Assembly (NCBI GenBank): GCA_013239625.1 | Contig: MU054187.1 | Location: forward strand, 17,414,711-17,478,710 | DNA length: 64,000 bases | From: Lama guanicoe | Lineage: Eukaryota | Direction: 5' to 3' | Part shown: piece by piece, positions 39,476-52,974 of the stretch | How positions within the stretch are numbered: the first letter of the stretch is position 1 | Layout of the letters: each line of letters begins with the position of its first letter | Notes under the pieces: generated by a model | What the model was told of the DNA's origin: nothing | Seen by the model: the letters and a program-made list of their open reading frames with translations, nothing else | The model's database searches: none | Translations under genes and position numbers: made by a program

Positions 39476-40639
39476 AAAGTCTGACTTCTTTCCAGCCATT
39501 GTATCTTGAAATTCCTTTTCTTCCCTTCCAGGTGCTTACATATTCACAATGACCATCCCTGAGCTTTTTAGGGAAAATAGAATTTTGATGGCCAGTGACT
39601 CGTTCTTTAAAAAAATCCTGTAGATCAGGAGCAGAATATACCCTTACATTAAATGGAAGAGCAGTACGACTTTTAATTTGCTAAAACACTTAAAGTTGAT
39701 CCTTGCAAGCAAAAGGTTCATTTACAAAATGGCAGCTGATGAACTCGGAGGCAAACTATGTTGGCTTAAAAACAAAAACCACATATGTCTGAGGAGTGTT
39801 TGTTTTCACTAAGTTTTCTCTTCATGTGTTAATTGCAGGGTAGGAAGTGATTCATATATCTCTTTTACTTTTTCTTCCCAAACTCCCTGAAGGTGGTTAC
39901 AGAAATAGGAGAAATGTACGTAGGAGAAGATATGGAAAGTAAAAGCAGAACAGCCTTCGCATAATTCAGTGTTAACGCAAAAAAAAAAAATAGTTAAAAA
40001 TATCTTTGTAAACTTAAAGTCTTAGGCTCATGATAAACAGACATATCAATGAGACTGATAAGGGGGGCCTTGATAATGCTTTTTTTCAATAATGATAACC
40101 AAAAAAAAGGAGGAAAAGGAGGAATCATGCTGGGACACAAATGGACAATCTGACACAACTATTTAAATCATTTGGATTTTAGAGAAAAAAGTTATGTTAA
40201 TATTGATAACTGATTTGTATCTGTAGGTATTATAGGTGAGAAAAATAACATCAAAAGGAAAAAATCCATTGTGTGGGCAAGAAAATTTTCCATAAAAATT
40301 TTATCATTATTATTGTAGACAATAATTCATAAAGAAGGCTGCCCTCTTTTCTCAGCAGCACGTTGATAAACTCTAGGAAATCGCTAACAGAGAACAACCG
40401 TGCAATGATTTTGTTAAACCATCCCCCCCATTAACTCAGCCTTTTTTCTCTCTCTCTTTAGGGACTTGGGGTGGAAGGAGAGGTATATTCTCTCCAGTAA
40501 CTCTCTGGTTATGAATAATGTTTGCAAAGAAAATTAAATTGAGCACAAAAGGAGAGCCTGCTTAGTTTCCCAAGTAGATTGAGTGTCTGCCTTCAGCACA
40601 GAGGAACGCAGCAGGAAAAGCAGGAGTTCCAGCACAGGA

Positions 40640-40830
40640 GGACCTGACCTCCAACGATCCTGCTCTCATTACGAGCTGCTTGATCTTAATCAAAGTGACT
40701 TGTTTCTGAGTCTGTTTAATCAAATGTAAGATGAAGATGAATAATACCTTCCTCAGTGGCTTCAGGTGAGGATTAAGGGAGATTACATGCAAATACCTGG
40801 GGTCTATAAGATTCTCAATAAATGTAGTTC
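40640..40830 (+). mobile_element. MIR SINE
   Basis: AAGTGACTTG...TCTGAGTCTG...TGTAAGATGAAGATGAATAATACC...GTGAGGATTAAGGGAGATTACATG...CTCAATAAATGT. Confidence 0.8.
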
Positions 40831-41378
40831 CTTTCTCTATAAAGGAACTAATTCATTGTTACTTAATTACCTTACCTTTCACACCTCTAGAATATGAAGG
40901 CCACCAGGACAGTAACAGAATACTGGCCAGGCCTGACCAGACTACTTTATAACTGTTATCATTACTTAAATTTAACACAGAGATTTAGGGGGCTTGCAAA
41001 ACACGTAATGGAAAGGTCTAAAGCAATGTTATTGCTGAACTAAATACAAGTTAACAGTTATGTTCACTGTGTGGGAAGAGAGAAGGAAAGAATGAGAGAG
41101 AATGAATAGAAATCAAGTGATAGGTTTAAAAAGAGAGTCCAGGAATGGTATCTGCCTACCAGCTGCCACTGTCTGAGGCCAGTTGTCTGCATCCTCAACC
41201 CCACTTTTTGCACAAAACTGCCCCTTAGCCAGAGCTCATCAGATCCAAGTGTGTACCGGGACCTCGATTTGTATGCAACCAATTTCCAGACTGATAACCC
41301 TAGCCGAAGAAAAAGGTCTGGTGGGCAATCTTAATTTCCTTAGCATTGGATCTCTGAGTACTGAGAGATTATTGGTTA

Positions 41379-41959
41379 TGTTTTAGGAAAATGGGTTCCT
41401 GCCTTCTGCAGGAAAGAATTCAACAGCAAGGCAAGGTAAAGTGAAAGCAAGTTATTTAGAGAGATACACACTCCACAGACAGAGTGTGGTCTGTCTCACT
41501 CAGAAGGGAAAATGGCTTAGGAGATACACACTCCATAGGCAGAGTGTGGGCCATCTCAGAAAGGTGAGAGGGAGGGAGACCAAGAGGTGTGGGGGTGCTT
41601 AGTTTAAAGTAAAAGCAGATACGCACTCCACAGACCGAGTGCAGTCCGTCTCAGAAGGCAAGAGAGAGAGCGACCATGAGGTGTGGAGTTGCTAGGTTTT
41701 ATGGGCTCGGTAATTTCATATGCTAATGAGTAGAATGATTATTCCAACTACTTTGCGGAAGGTGGGAGGATTTCAAGGAAATGCTCCCTCACCCACTTTT
41801 TGACCCTTTATGGGCAGCCTAAGGGCATGGTGCCTGTGGGTGCACCATGAGGCTCAAGGTTGAATCTTCCGCCAGCTTGGTTCTAACCAGTTCATCTTGT
41901 CCTCAACTGCTGTGTCATTCCTTCAGTGGCTCTGCCCTGCCCCCATCCCTCCCACTTCA
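41379..41959 (-). mobile_element. Solo ERV1-type LTR (MER4/LTR39-like group)
   Basis: TG...CA termini with flanks GTTA/GTTG (3/4 TSD). GCAGGAAAGAATTCA...AAAGTGAAAGCAAGTTATTTAG gives a degenerate minus-strand polyA signal. TATA-like TTTTATGG at ~41697. Three internal repeats. Confidence 0.85.
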
Positions 41960-42102
41960 GTTGCACATAGATAACGTAGGACTCCCCCCCCAACTAGTTG
42001 AGTTGCAGTCCCAGAAAAGAGTGGCAGAGGGAAAGTCGTGGCAAAATCCATCTACTCATTTTACTTACTGGTTTAGGCTGAAACTTAACCATCAATTTAT
42101 TT

Positions 42103-42165
42103 AAAAAGAAAGAAAGAAAGAAAAAGAAAAAAGAAACAAAGAAAAAAAAGGAGAAAAAAAGAAAA
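42103..42165. repeat. A-rich/(AAAG)n low-complexity tract
   Basis: Direct observation. Confidence 0.9.
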
Positions 42166-43449
42166 TTATTCTCTCTAAATAAATTAATATTTCACGTGGG
42201 TAGAGCACTATTTTTCTCAATATGTGATTCATAAAGGAAAATATTCTGAATTATGCACACAGTAAAATGTGGTGAGGGTTTTAGAAAAGCCCGTATTTTG
42301 TGTGGAAATTAAATATAGGCACTGGGAAAGCCCTGACTGTGTACACAAAGACTGCCTGCCTAGGGAACATATGGAACTTATTCCATCTTCTGTAAACTAC
42401 ACGGGACTTTTCTTTCTGCTGCATCCCTCAAGCAGCCAGTCAGCGCAAGAGACGTGAGGATGTCACCCTGCCTTTTAGCGTCTCTCCCAGGGTTACGCTG
42501 AAAACCGACATGGCCCACCACACATCAATGGGCGTAATGCAACTAAACGAACTCTAGCAAACCCAGAGAGAACAGTTTACTAGGAAAGGACTGCGTTTGC
42601 AGTGACCGCTGATCGAACCCACATGAAGTTCTCTACCAGTTCCATCACCAAGAGCCTCTGAGACTAGAAACACCACCCAGCCTCTGCTTCTCACTGTAGC
42701 CTGGGGAGAAGCTTTTCCACGAGGGTCACTTCATTAGAAAATGCTAGTAAAAATGTATTCAGTTTCTATTTGAAATATTTTGGCACCTTACCTATAAAAT
42801 GTGAGTGCAAATAAGGCTCAATGATCTGGCTAAATCATTCTACTTAGAATTCTTAGTGCAATAATAAACAAATATTCTTGCACAAAATTACCCATTATAA
42901 ACAGAATTAAGATACGTGTTTAAAAGAATATTGTTGCCAGCAGAGTTAACTACCTCACAAATATTACTTTTTATTTTCTTTCTAAAGAAAGGGACACAAG
43001 GAACTTGGAAAGAATAATGATACCAGATACAACTTTGATTCCTCAAATTAACATGAAACCAGTAATTACTAAAATGTGGTAGGCTCTCCACCGAGCTCAA
43101 CCCCACTTCCCACCCACAAATCAGTCCCCTTTTCTGATTGACTCAGTAGAGGGGCCAAGAATTGCATAGATAAAATCCCTTGGGGGCAGTGTTAAGGTAC
43201 ATCATTTCAAAAGAACAGCATGTACTTATGCAACTTAAATCCATTCCTATAATAACACTCTGACCACAAAAACATTTTAGTCCACAGACATGTCAATTCA
43301 GCATTCTTTACCAAATTCAGACAAGCAGTTAAACAGAAAAAGAAAGAAGGGTACCTAAGTCTGAGTTTATCAAAGACTCAGCCAAATATTAATAGTAATG
43401 AAATACAGCATTGAAGAAGGAGCATAAAATTCAGATCAAAAACTCTGCC

Positions 43450-43950
43450 GTCACAATGGGCTCAGTTCCACTTCTGGCCTTCGGCTGGATGTGTGACTTT
43501 GAACACCTTAATTAACTTCTCTGTGTTTCCTTTCATTTATCTGTCAATGGAATTAATAATCAGATGATGGTGAGACTCTTAGGAGATAAGACATGCCTCA
43601 CTCACATGTGCCTGGAATTGTGCTGGGCTGCAGAGCTGACATCCGCCACACACAGCTACTTCTGGCTATGAAGATGAACTGAGATATTCGGTAACAAATA
43701 CACAAATACTTTAAAGACATGATACAAAAAAGGACGTCAAATATCTCATTAATGTGTGATACTGATATATATGCCAAAAGGCTAAAATTTTGGATATACT
43801 GAATTAAAATAGATATTAAAATTAATTTTATGTTTTTGCTTTTTTAACATGGATATTACAAACTTAAAAAATACATAGCTCTTTCTCATTAGAATTCTAC
43901 TTGACAGAGCCAGCAGGGAACAAAGTGAGTGCTTAATAAAGAGTAAGTAA
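43450..43950 (+). mobile_element. MIR SINE split by a MER33 insertion
   Basis: TGTGTGACTTTGAACA...TTAACTTCTCTGTG...ATCTGTCAATGGAATTAATAAT. The tail AGTGAGTGCTTAATAAA resumes at ~43920. Confidence 0.65.
43620..43912 (-). mobile_element. MER33 hAT-Charlie element, near full length
   Basis: AACTGAGATAT...AAATATCTCATTAAT...ATTTTGGATATACTGAATTAAAAT...ATTAAAATTAATTT...TTCTACTTGACAG is the reverse of MER33. Confidence 0.75.
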
Positions 43951-44959
43951 ATTAAAACATGTCATTATTATCCATTTTGACTTATATTACGTTTTTCAAA
44001 AGTAAGGCAAAATTAAGCTCTGTGAAATAGGAAGGGAGAACCCATTTGTTCTTTTTGTTTCAAATATTTAACACATAAACAGGCAAAGAAATAAGAAAAT
44101 ACCAGTTTAAAAGCTGTCTTCAGCTTGTACAGATTCACGGAAGGGAAAAGCCACAATCTATTTCGAGACAGAACTTTTCTACCTTTTAGGCAAAAGCTGA
44201 GAGCAGAAACATTCATTGGCTCACACGGTTTTGAAAAGCAAATGCTTTCTGTGTGAAGTCTAGTTGAATAAGTTTGGACAACACAGTTCATTTATTTTGC
44301 AGAGCAGTTTAGCAAGTATAGGGCTTTTTCCCCAGGAGGGTCCCGAGAAGAGGGCTGGCAGAGGCATCGAGAGATGAAGGAAAAGAAACTCTGTGGAGAG
44401 AAAGACGGGAGAGGATATGGCAGCTGGTGCTTGAAGATGACAGAATCGCAAAAAATCCATCAGGGCAAACAAGGGTCGATGACTATTCTTTTTCAAAGAA
44501 TAATACTGATTGATGCTCAGTTTTGTTTCTACCTAACGTGTGTTCTGAAATTCCACTCCAAATCATCACTAGAAATCCGTTTAACACAAGAGTCTTGGGC
44601 TACCCTTGCTTTATGAGATGAGGCAATGTGGGGGGCTCCTTGAGGGTGAAGATGTTTACAAAGATGCCTAGAGATACAGGAAGCAAGCCAATGTCAAAGG
44701 TGGTGAATTCATCAGAAACAGGAAATCAGAGTGAAACATGCCAAGAATAAATGTAGTCCCTTGGACAGTATGTGGTACTAAGTGGTCCACATCATACTAG
44801 GAATTAAATCTCAAACTGTTTAATGAGCTACTAAAAGAAAATTGACCTCAGATGAGCAAAAGAGAGGAGGCCCTTAAATTATATTTACTGATGCATTTAG
44901 ACCAGGAATTTCAAGAATAGATTAGCCGACGTGTGTATATTGAATACTTTAGAGATCAT

Positions 44960-45130
44960 AAAACTCTTTCAAAAAGAGCGTCCTGTTGATCCTTAGAGTA
45001 GTTACAGGTAGGAATGATAATTTTTTCCCATTTTAAAGATGATGAAACAATTAACTAAAAGACACTAACAGAGCCAAGATCTTTCATTTATTAAGCAGCA
45101 GAAATAGGTGTCCTCATCTTCAGAAGGTAA
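44960..45130 (-). mobile_element. MIR fragment
   Basis: AGGTAGG...TTTTCCCATTTTAAAGATGATGAAACA...CCAAGATC. Confidence 0.5.
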
Positions 45131-45879
45131 ATCTCATGTTTGTTCACCTCACTATGTAACATACGCGTGATTCTCTTGCAGTTGTCCTTGTAACTGTGAT
45201 CCACTCTTTTTCCTGATCGTGTATTTTTACCGTTCAGTTTGAATCAATAGTCGTCACCTTATTCGATGGTGGTGGTGATGATGAAATTGTTGATAATGAG
45301 CATCAATTTCATCAACATCATCACAATTACCCTCATCATCATAAAAACCATCAAAAAAGCCTGTTTAAAGTAGCAATTTTGAGGTTCTAATATTCCTGTT
45401 AAAATTGGTATTGATATTCCCAGTAACAGACATACTAAATGTAGGTAGATGAGGAGGAACTAACGCAGCTTCAAATATTATCATTACATGGTTGAGTTTA
45501 AAGACATTCTTTCAGGCAACAGTTTTTGCACAAATTCTAAGCATTAAAGTCAATGTGCTAGGAATTGTGTGCCTGTCATAGAGGACAGAAATAGGAATCT
45601 GAAAAAACCTAAAGATACCCTCAGTCCAGTTGGGGGAAGAGATATGAAAAGTAATTAACATGCAATTGAACAAACACATGCAAATATGAAAAAGTTTCTA
45701 GAAAAGCATAGAGGATCGTGATCATGATGTCAGAGGAGATGAATAAAGGTTATTCTGAGTCATTAGCCCTCATCAATATTTATCTGAGGAATACATCCTC
45801 TTTCACAAGAGGGAGGATGTAGCCTTTGATGTATTTAAGTTAATAGACAAATGTTGTCCAAGTGTGGAAGTTCAGGCAT

Positions 45880-45955
45880 TTCTCTTTTCTTCCTTCCTTC
45901 CATTCTCTCTTTCCTTTCTCTCTTTCCTTTCTTTCTTTCTTTCTTTCTCTCTCCC

Positions 45956-45995
<40 letters not shown>

Positions 45996-46065
45996 TCCTT
46001 CTTTCCTTCTTTCCTTCTTTCTTTCTTTCCTTTTCTTTCTTTCCTTCTTTCTTTCTTTTTCTCCT
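45880..46065. repeat. Polypyrimidine simple repeat (TTTC)n/(TTCC)n
   Basis: About 185 bp of almost pure C/T. It is the source of the ORFs at 45851-46147. Confidence 0.97.
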
Positions 46066-46319
46066 TGAAAGAAGTAATCATCAATTTTTGAAACAACAAG
46101 CTGGTCAATTTTGTGTTTACATGTGACATTTTGGGTGGTGATGACACACCTAATTTTATTTTACTTTTTGCAAGCTAGATTTTATTATTTCATTTTTTGA
46201 ATTATCTAAGTGAAAAAGAATCATTAAGCTACTTGTAAAAGTAAGTGGTATTGAAGAGTTCCCAAATTAACAATATAAATATATTGGAGTAGTTGCTATT
46301 GGGAGAATATAGAACAAAC

Positions 46320-46580
46320 AGAGTAAAGCGAGCAGAGGGTTTTGGAGTCAGAGCTATTTATAATTAAAATTCTAGCCCTGCTCCTAGGCACACGGATTTT
46401 GGCAAATTTCTAAACTTCCGAAGGCTTAGGTTCCTTCTCAGTAAAAGAGAAGAAAATAATAATTTTTTAACATGCTAATATTAAGATCTAAATAAGATCA
46501 TGTTTATGAATATCACCTGACACACACTACAGAGCATATAATATATAACATACAATAACAACATAACACTTACATTATTC
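46320..46580 (+). mobile_element. MIR SINE
   Basis: TTTTGGAGTCAGA...AAATTCTAGCCCTGC...TTTGGCAAATTTCTAAACTTC...GTAAAAGAG...CACCTGACACA. Confidence 0.7.
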
Positions 46581-47849
46581 TTATTTATCACAGAAGAGGT
46601 TGGCCAGGCTAATATTCCCTCTGAAGCTACTAAGGATATCAAAACATTAAATGTACTTAAACTTATTTTTTAAATGGAAATATTCTAACACTTGAAATAA
46701 ACACTCTAGAAAAGTATTTCTTTGTTTCTTCTTAACTCCATCATTTTTTCTTTATTTGACAGTGAGACATGATCCTATTTCATTGGGTTTTTTACTCAGT
46801 CAAGTACAGTGTGTGTCTCTTCTCCATGTATGGATAAAAACAGCCCTTCTGCAACATGTGTAATTTGTAAGAATGCAATAAATGCCTCCAAAAAACACAA
46901 TCTGGACCATCACCACAAAATAAAAGCATTGTAGCTAACTATGCACAGAACCCACTAAACTAAAAGCAGCCCTTGCAAAACAAACCATTCTTTTCTTAAG
47001 CAATCAGTGCAAATTGCAAAAGCAACAAACATTTTAGCCACAGATGAAGGAGCCATAGACAGTCCGCAAAAGCCTCATGTGAAATTTGCCACATATTACA
47101 GAACTAAAAGAAACCATTTGGTGGTGGTATGTGGTAACTGCACCAGGGGATTCTAAGAGATACTTAGAGCTCTCAAATGCATGAACACTTATCTGAGTTA
47201 ACATTTTTACTAGCACAATAATGTATTCCCATAGGGTGGGGTGTGGAAGCATCTTTATTTAATTTTATTAAAATATAATATTGAGAAGTTGTGAATTTTA
47301 ATAAAACAAGAGAAGGCATGCTATAAAATAAATATAAAAGATATTGCCAAGAAATTGACCACAATTATGTAGTTAAAAGATATTTGAAGATGTGTGCTCC
47401 AGAGTCTGATGTGACAATAAACCCAGCAGACTCTAAGCAATGATATTATTAATCTTTTACAATAATGCTCGGTATTATGGGGATCAACTCCAGATTCTCA
47501 AAGAATCATGTAAAAATTTCAGGCATCCATGCAAAACACTTGAAGAAATGTGGATAAAGCTATGAAAAATTGCTATTTGAACTTTAAGCAATTTTCTTTT
47601 AAAGACAATAAAAATATTTTATAATATAGATAGAAATCCATAAGAATGCTCAAATTAATATAATTTGGTAAATAGACTATATTCATTTGGTGTTAACATT
47701 TTGAAAAATGGCATGAGGTTTAAATCTGAATTCTACCCTCAGTTATTCAATCTTTACAATACATGGAGTTTTATTTTAATATGAAACACATGGCCTGGTT
47801 TTCTTTTGATGCCCATACATTGTCTTCACACAATTCAGAATTCCTCTTA

Positions 47850-47946
47850 ATATGAAAATAAATATATGTATCTATATGCATGACTGGGACATTGTGCTGT
47901 ATGTGGAAACTGACACATTGTAAGCGCCTATACTGCAGTTTAAAAA
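47850..47946 (+). mobile_element. ~100-bp 5'-truncated L1 tail with TSD
   Basis: ATATATGTATCTATATGCATGACTGGGACATTGTGCTGTA...TGACACATTGTAAG...CTATACT followed by an A-run. Flanks AGAATTCCTCTTA (47837-47849) and AGAAATCCTCTTA (47947-47959) match 12/13. Confidence 0.8.
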
Positions 47947-50249
47947 AGAAATCCTCTTATATTCATCGAGTCTCTGTCAAACTCTCACTCTGGCTCCTGA
48001 GGATGTGATGCACGTCAAGCCAAGTATCTTTCCTTTTCAAAGATGAAAATGGAGAAATAAACAGACTGAGAGGCTTACCTAAGGATTACCTGAAATTTAG
48101 GGACAACAAAGGAAGGGATTCAGAGGAAGACATGGACAAAGACACCACTGACAAGCACACCAACAGTGAGACAGATAAGGCCATCCGTTCAGTACATTCT
48201 ACTCCTATGCTGGAAAAAGAAGTTAACTGAGCAAGTACTATGCTTCAGGCTAAGATGGTTAAGAGAGACACGATGCATGCGTGTGCTCGGACACCCCCCC
48301 ACACACACACCCCTTTCTTATATGACACGGATCTTCAATGCCAAGATGATTTGTATCATGCTGCATTGTTTTCCCTCAGATACGTCCTTTAAAATGTATT
48401 CTCAACTATGGCTGCTACAGTTTGTGGTGAAATGTTTTCATTTCCGGGGAAAATGAGCTACAAACGTCTTACGTGGCACATTCTATGTGGTGAATAATTA
48501 TTATTAATATATAGCTTATATTTTAGTTAATATTAAGCTGCTTAATAAAAGAATCTAAGCATCAAGATATCTAACTTCCCCTAATAATCATACTTGGTCG
48601 AATTTTCAGAAAGCCTTGATGTGTTCCTGTTAAAAATAACCCTTATCTGGACTGACCAAGATATGCTAGGCACTAAGCAATGAGAGTTCCAGCGAAGGTT
48701 TAATTTTCACCCCAACAGTAGTTTATAAACTCCCATCCTATTTAGTGCTAGTCAACTTGGAGACGGTTGAGGTATTTCTTGTGCACCTGTATGTTGTGTG
48801 ACAGATGGATATGTAAGGAAAAACAGAAAAGGGATTCCCAACTCTAAGTTGGTAAACCAGAAGAATTCTAAGCTAGCTTCTTGTACGCCTACATCTCAAT
48901 CACCCAGTATGATGACTTTTTATAACAGCTGACTCCCTTAAAAATAAAGAACTTATTCCCCGGGAGAAAAGTATTTACTGTTACGAGCACACACACATAC
49001 TGACAAACACAAATCTTACAACTTAATACTTTGATTATAGAGAAGGAGTTTCTGTCCATAAAGCCTCATCTTTCCCAAGTTTTTTAGAAGGACAAAAGAA
49101 AGACTTTGTTAGAGGAGCCAAAATTCCATGACCTTCTTGTAAGATGCTCATCGTGTTTGGATAAGCAGTAAAATGACCAGAAAAAAGCTGGGATTAGCAG
49201 AGTATTTTATTATACCTCAGAGCACATGCCCAGCTTCATCTCAGTTTCTCTAAAAGTTTCCAAATGGACAAAATAACAAGGTGTGACAAGGAACAATAAA
49301 CATGCTAGCATTTTACTACAGCCACACCTTTATTATCTGTATATGACTCTGGCACAGCTATCAGTGTTGAAATAGCTCGAGAAGGAGGAGGGGGTGGAGG
49401 AGGAAGAGGAAGAGGAAAGAAAGAAGAGGGAACAGCAGCAGCTGCAGAAGTCAAGATGTCCCAAATTGCATGAACTAGGAAGACTGACAAGGAAACGCCT
49501 CGGCACTGTAGTTTTCAGAACATATTCGACAGATTCAGGAACAAAGCACCCAAACTGCAAACGTCGTTTTCAGACAGAGTACATTCTTACCTGTAGAAGG
49601 CAGTCTATTTGCGTTTAATGGAGTGACTTGAATTAAATGAAAGACCCCCAATTTGAAAATGTCATCAGAAAAACACTCGTTGTTAGACCTGAGACTTCTA
49701 CAACGATCACCGTTGTTTTGTTTTGCATATTGCTTCCTGATTACTGATCAACTTTACTTTTACTGGGTTTCCTTTGGTGTTTTGTGTGTTTATAAGTCAG
49801 CGGGCTGATGTTATTTATTCGGGCTGTTGCAGAAACTTCAAAGCTATTCTTAATCTCCACAATGTGCAGCACACCATTCTAAACCAGTTGTATCAAGATA
49901 AAAACTAATTTTGGTTTTACCTCCAATACCAATGTTATGGGAGTGATCTTGCTTTGAAATCTATCAGGCATTAATTGTCTGGGTTGAAATTCGACTCTCT
50001 GTCTGTTTCTCTCTCTCTCCCATGAGCTTGTGCTATGAATCAGGAACGTAAGTGTGAGGGACAAATTTCTGGAGTAACTCAACTATCGGATGCAGAAATA
50101 TCAGTTTGGAAGAGATTGTCAGTACCTTCATTTTTAAATGCCAGTACTCCCCCAAGAGAATCCTAAACCAATTAAAGAAGACAACAAGAACCTGAAAGAA
50201 AATATCCGCAATATATACTCAAAATAAACTTTAAATTCTCATATAAAGC

Positions 50250-51110
50250 AATAAGAAAGAACCAAAAAGTACAGTAAATTGGACTAAAGAGACAGGTTTT
50301 TAAAGAAGTGCATAAAAATGATAATAAATGTGTGAAAACAGACGCAGTTTTGCTAGAGAGCCAAAAAAATATAACCAGAAACTAAAGCCTAAATACTACT
50401 TTATGTGATTTAGGTTGGCAAAGTTAGAATAATGGTGATCTCACACATTATCCTCATAGAGGTATTAATGAGTACAATATTTTGGAAGGGAAATTAGTAC
50501 TAATTGACACAACAATTTTAGTTTAGGAATTTATCATGCAGGAATATCTCCATGATGGAAAAAGAGAGATTTTTGAGATGTGTTGCTGCTGCAATATTGT
50601 TTGTAATAGAAATATATTAGGAGTAATTTAAATACCCATTAGCAGGGAATTGATTAGATAAATTACGGCACATCTACATAATTCAGTATTAGGGAAAAAA
50701 TGAGGATTACACATATTTTTATAAGTATAGTTGTAAAAATATAACTTTTCACTGTAGTGAAAATAATATGAAAAATATTTTGCAGGGAACAAGCTAGTTT
50801 TTTTATAACAGCAAATGCACACATTAAAATATATGCATGTACTATTGAAAAGTTATATCTTCATAAAAATATTTACATGATTTAAATATTTAAGTGATTC
50901 AAGCCAAGTTCTTAGTGGTGTCATTTCTGGAGAGAGAAATATATATATATATGTATATATATGTATATACGAGAGAGTTATGGAATTATAGATGTATATA
51001 TTCATTATATATATATATATATATATACACACACATACACACACACACATACATACACATGTATGTTCCTAAGTCATTCTTACTTTTTTGATTCAGTGGT
51101 CTGTACAAAA
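50250..51110 (+). mobile_element. Ancient L1ME-type ORF2 end/3' UTR
   Basis: TAGGTTGGCAAA...GTACAATATTTTGGAAGGGAAATT...TTTAGGAATTTATC...ATTGTTTGTAATAG...AAATTACGGCACATC. Confidence 0.6.
50938..51063. repeat. (TA)n/(CA)n compound microsatellite
   Basis: Direct observation. Confidence 0.9.
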
Positions 51111-52974
51111 GGAACATTTAATTAAGAACATTGCACATACAATATTTTGTATTTTGATGTTCTGGAGAACAGAAAAAGAATTTTTAAAAGATGAAAGAGC
51201 ACCTTTTATCTAAGGTCCTCTTCTCAATTAATTTTCACTTTATAATAAGGAGAGATAAAGAAAGTAACTCAAGAAAAAGTTAAAACAAAAAAAAATTATT
51301 GAAAGAAGAAATTGCTTTGAGACTTCTAGCTACTTGTGGCCAGATACAAATTCACTGCAAATAAGAAAAGATGATAAAGTGAAAGATGGCAAGAGCATGA
51401 AATGATGATACATGGAAAAAAATAAGACATGGGTAAACAGGAAAAATAGTAAGCTTAGAAAAATGTGAAATGAAGACATATTTAAACTTGGCATGCTGTA
51501 TGTTTCTGTTAAAATTACAGATACAGAGATTACAAACCTCTAATTGATGTGTCAAAGAAATGGAGAATCTTTGAACAAAAAATTTCAACTAAAAAATATG
51601 TTAAAATTCAGATCAGAAATTAAATTAAGCAAAAGAAAGAGAAGAAATTTGGGGAAAGATGTGGAAACAGTGCAAAAGAAGTTTAATTACGGAAAGGAAA
51701 GAAAACACTGGAAATTCTGATTGGTAATGCAAAATGAACCCAGTTAATATTCCCCTTCTGGATTGTTTATATTACTGGAAAGTGTTTCCCATATACACTT
51801 AGGCACACACAAACACATAGTGGAAATGGCTCCATCAGTAGATAAAAAATTAGGTTCATTAGGCTGTTAAAAATAATTTATATCTCTCATTATCTGCTAC
51901 CACTTTACTTTCCTTGAAATGTTCCTTCAAGTGAGTAGGGACAGGTCCTTCTAGATCATGGACACTTGGAAAGCAAGAGAGGAGGAAAAAGGCATGGGAA
52001 GAGAGGCATGCTACTTAAACGGTTGTTACAGGGATGTTTACATTTGAACCTATTGTCCTATAAGCATATATCTCATCCCTGTCAATTTTCAAATTAAATT
52101 ATCCAAACCAACTATAAAAAGTACGTATTTTTCAAAACATCATTTTATGATTTGCATAATTTGGAATTGCAGCTTGGGAAAATTAAAAGGATCAGGGGTG
52201 GTCATTCAGGGAAACGTAATCATCGTGAAGTGGTTATTCAAGTATTTCAATCTGTTTATGGAACTATATCATTTAAAAATAGACAGTGGTTAAGGGTTTT
52301 GATCATTAAGTATGAAAGAATAATGAAAAAGAGGGTATTTAATAGAATTAGTAACACTTGTAGCCTATCAGTCTGCTCTCCTAAAGAAATGCAATTTAAC
52401 AAAATAAGTGTGGTTGGAAACTCAGGCCAGCATAACAACTGCTTTCCTCAGATCCACCCAAGGCTTATACAGTGGCCATTCCAATTAGCATAATGGTCCA
52501 ATGTTCCTTGGGAAGTGAGGTCTTTCGTTTGGGATATTTCCTAATTAAAGAAGCCTGTTTGAAGTGGGATCTAATTTTAACTTTGTAATGCCAAAATATG
52601 ACTTGAAGAGTCTGTTTTTATTTCAAGATATATTGGCTTTGCGTTTCCAAGTTGAGATAGCTGTCATTAAATGTCCATAAAACTCATATTTAAGGCAAGA
52701 AAATGGAAAGGCAGGGTAAGAAGCAACTGGCTTAAAAAAGCCAGTTCTCTGTTCAGGTTAATTTTATTGATCATTTGTTCTGTTAGCACCCTTCCCATTT
52801 ATAAATGAAATGCAGGTACTAATAGGCATCTCCAAAGTCATTGTAAAATGACATAAAAGTCAAGTAAGGGAAATCAAGAACTTTCTGCTAGTAAATTTTT
52901 ATTACACAACATGTATCTGGGAACTTCAAGAACAAGAGTGGCTTTTGTCATTTTTGTTGTTTAAAAATTACTGG

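Noticed and set aside
41461..41660. Repeat-spacer pattern superficially like a CRISPR array
   Set aside because: The DNA is mammalian, there are only three irregularly spaced imperfect copies inside an LTR, and there are no cas genes.
45851..46147. Four overlapping ORFs
   Set aside because: Read-through of the (TTTC)n microsatellite.
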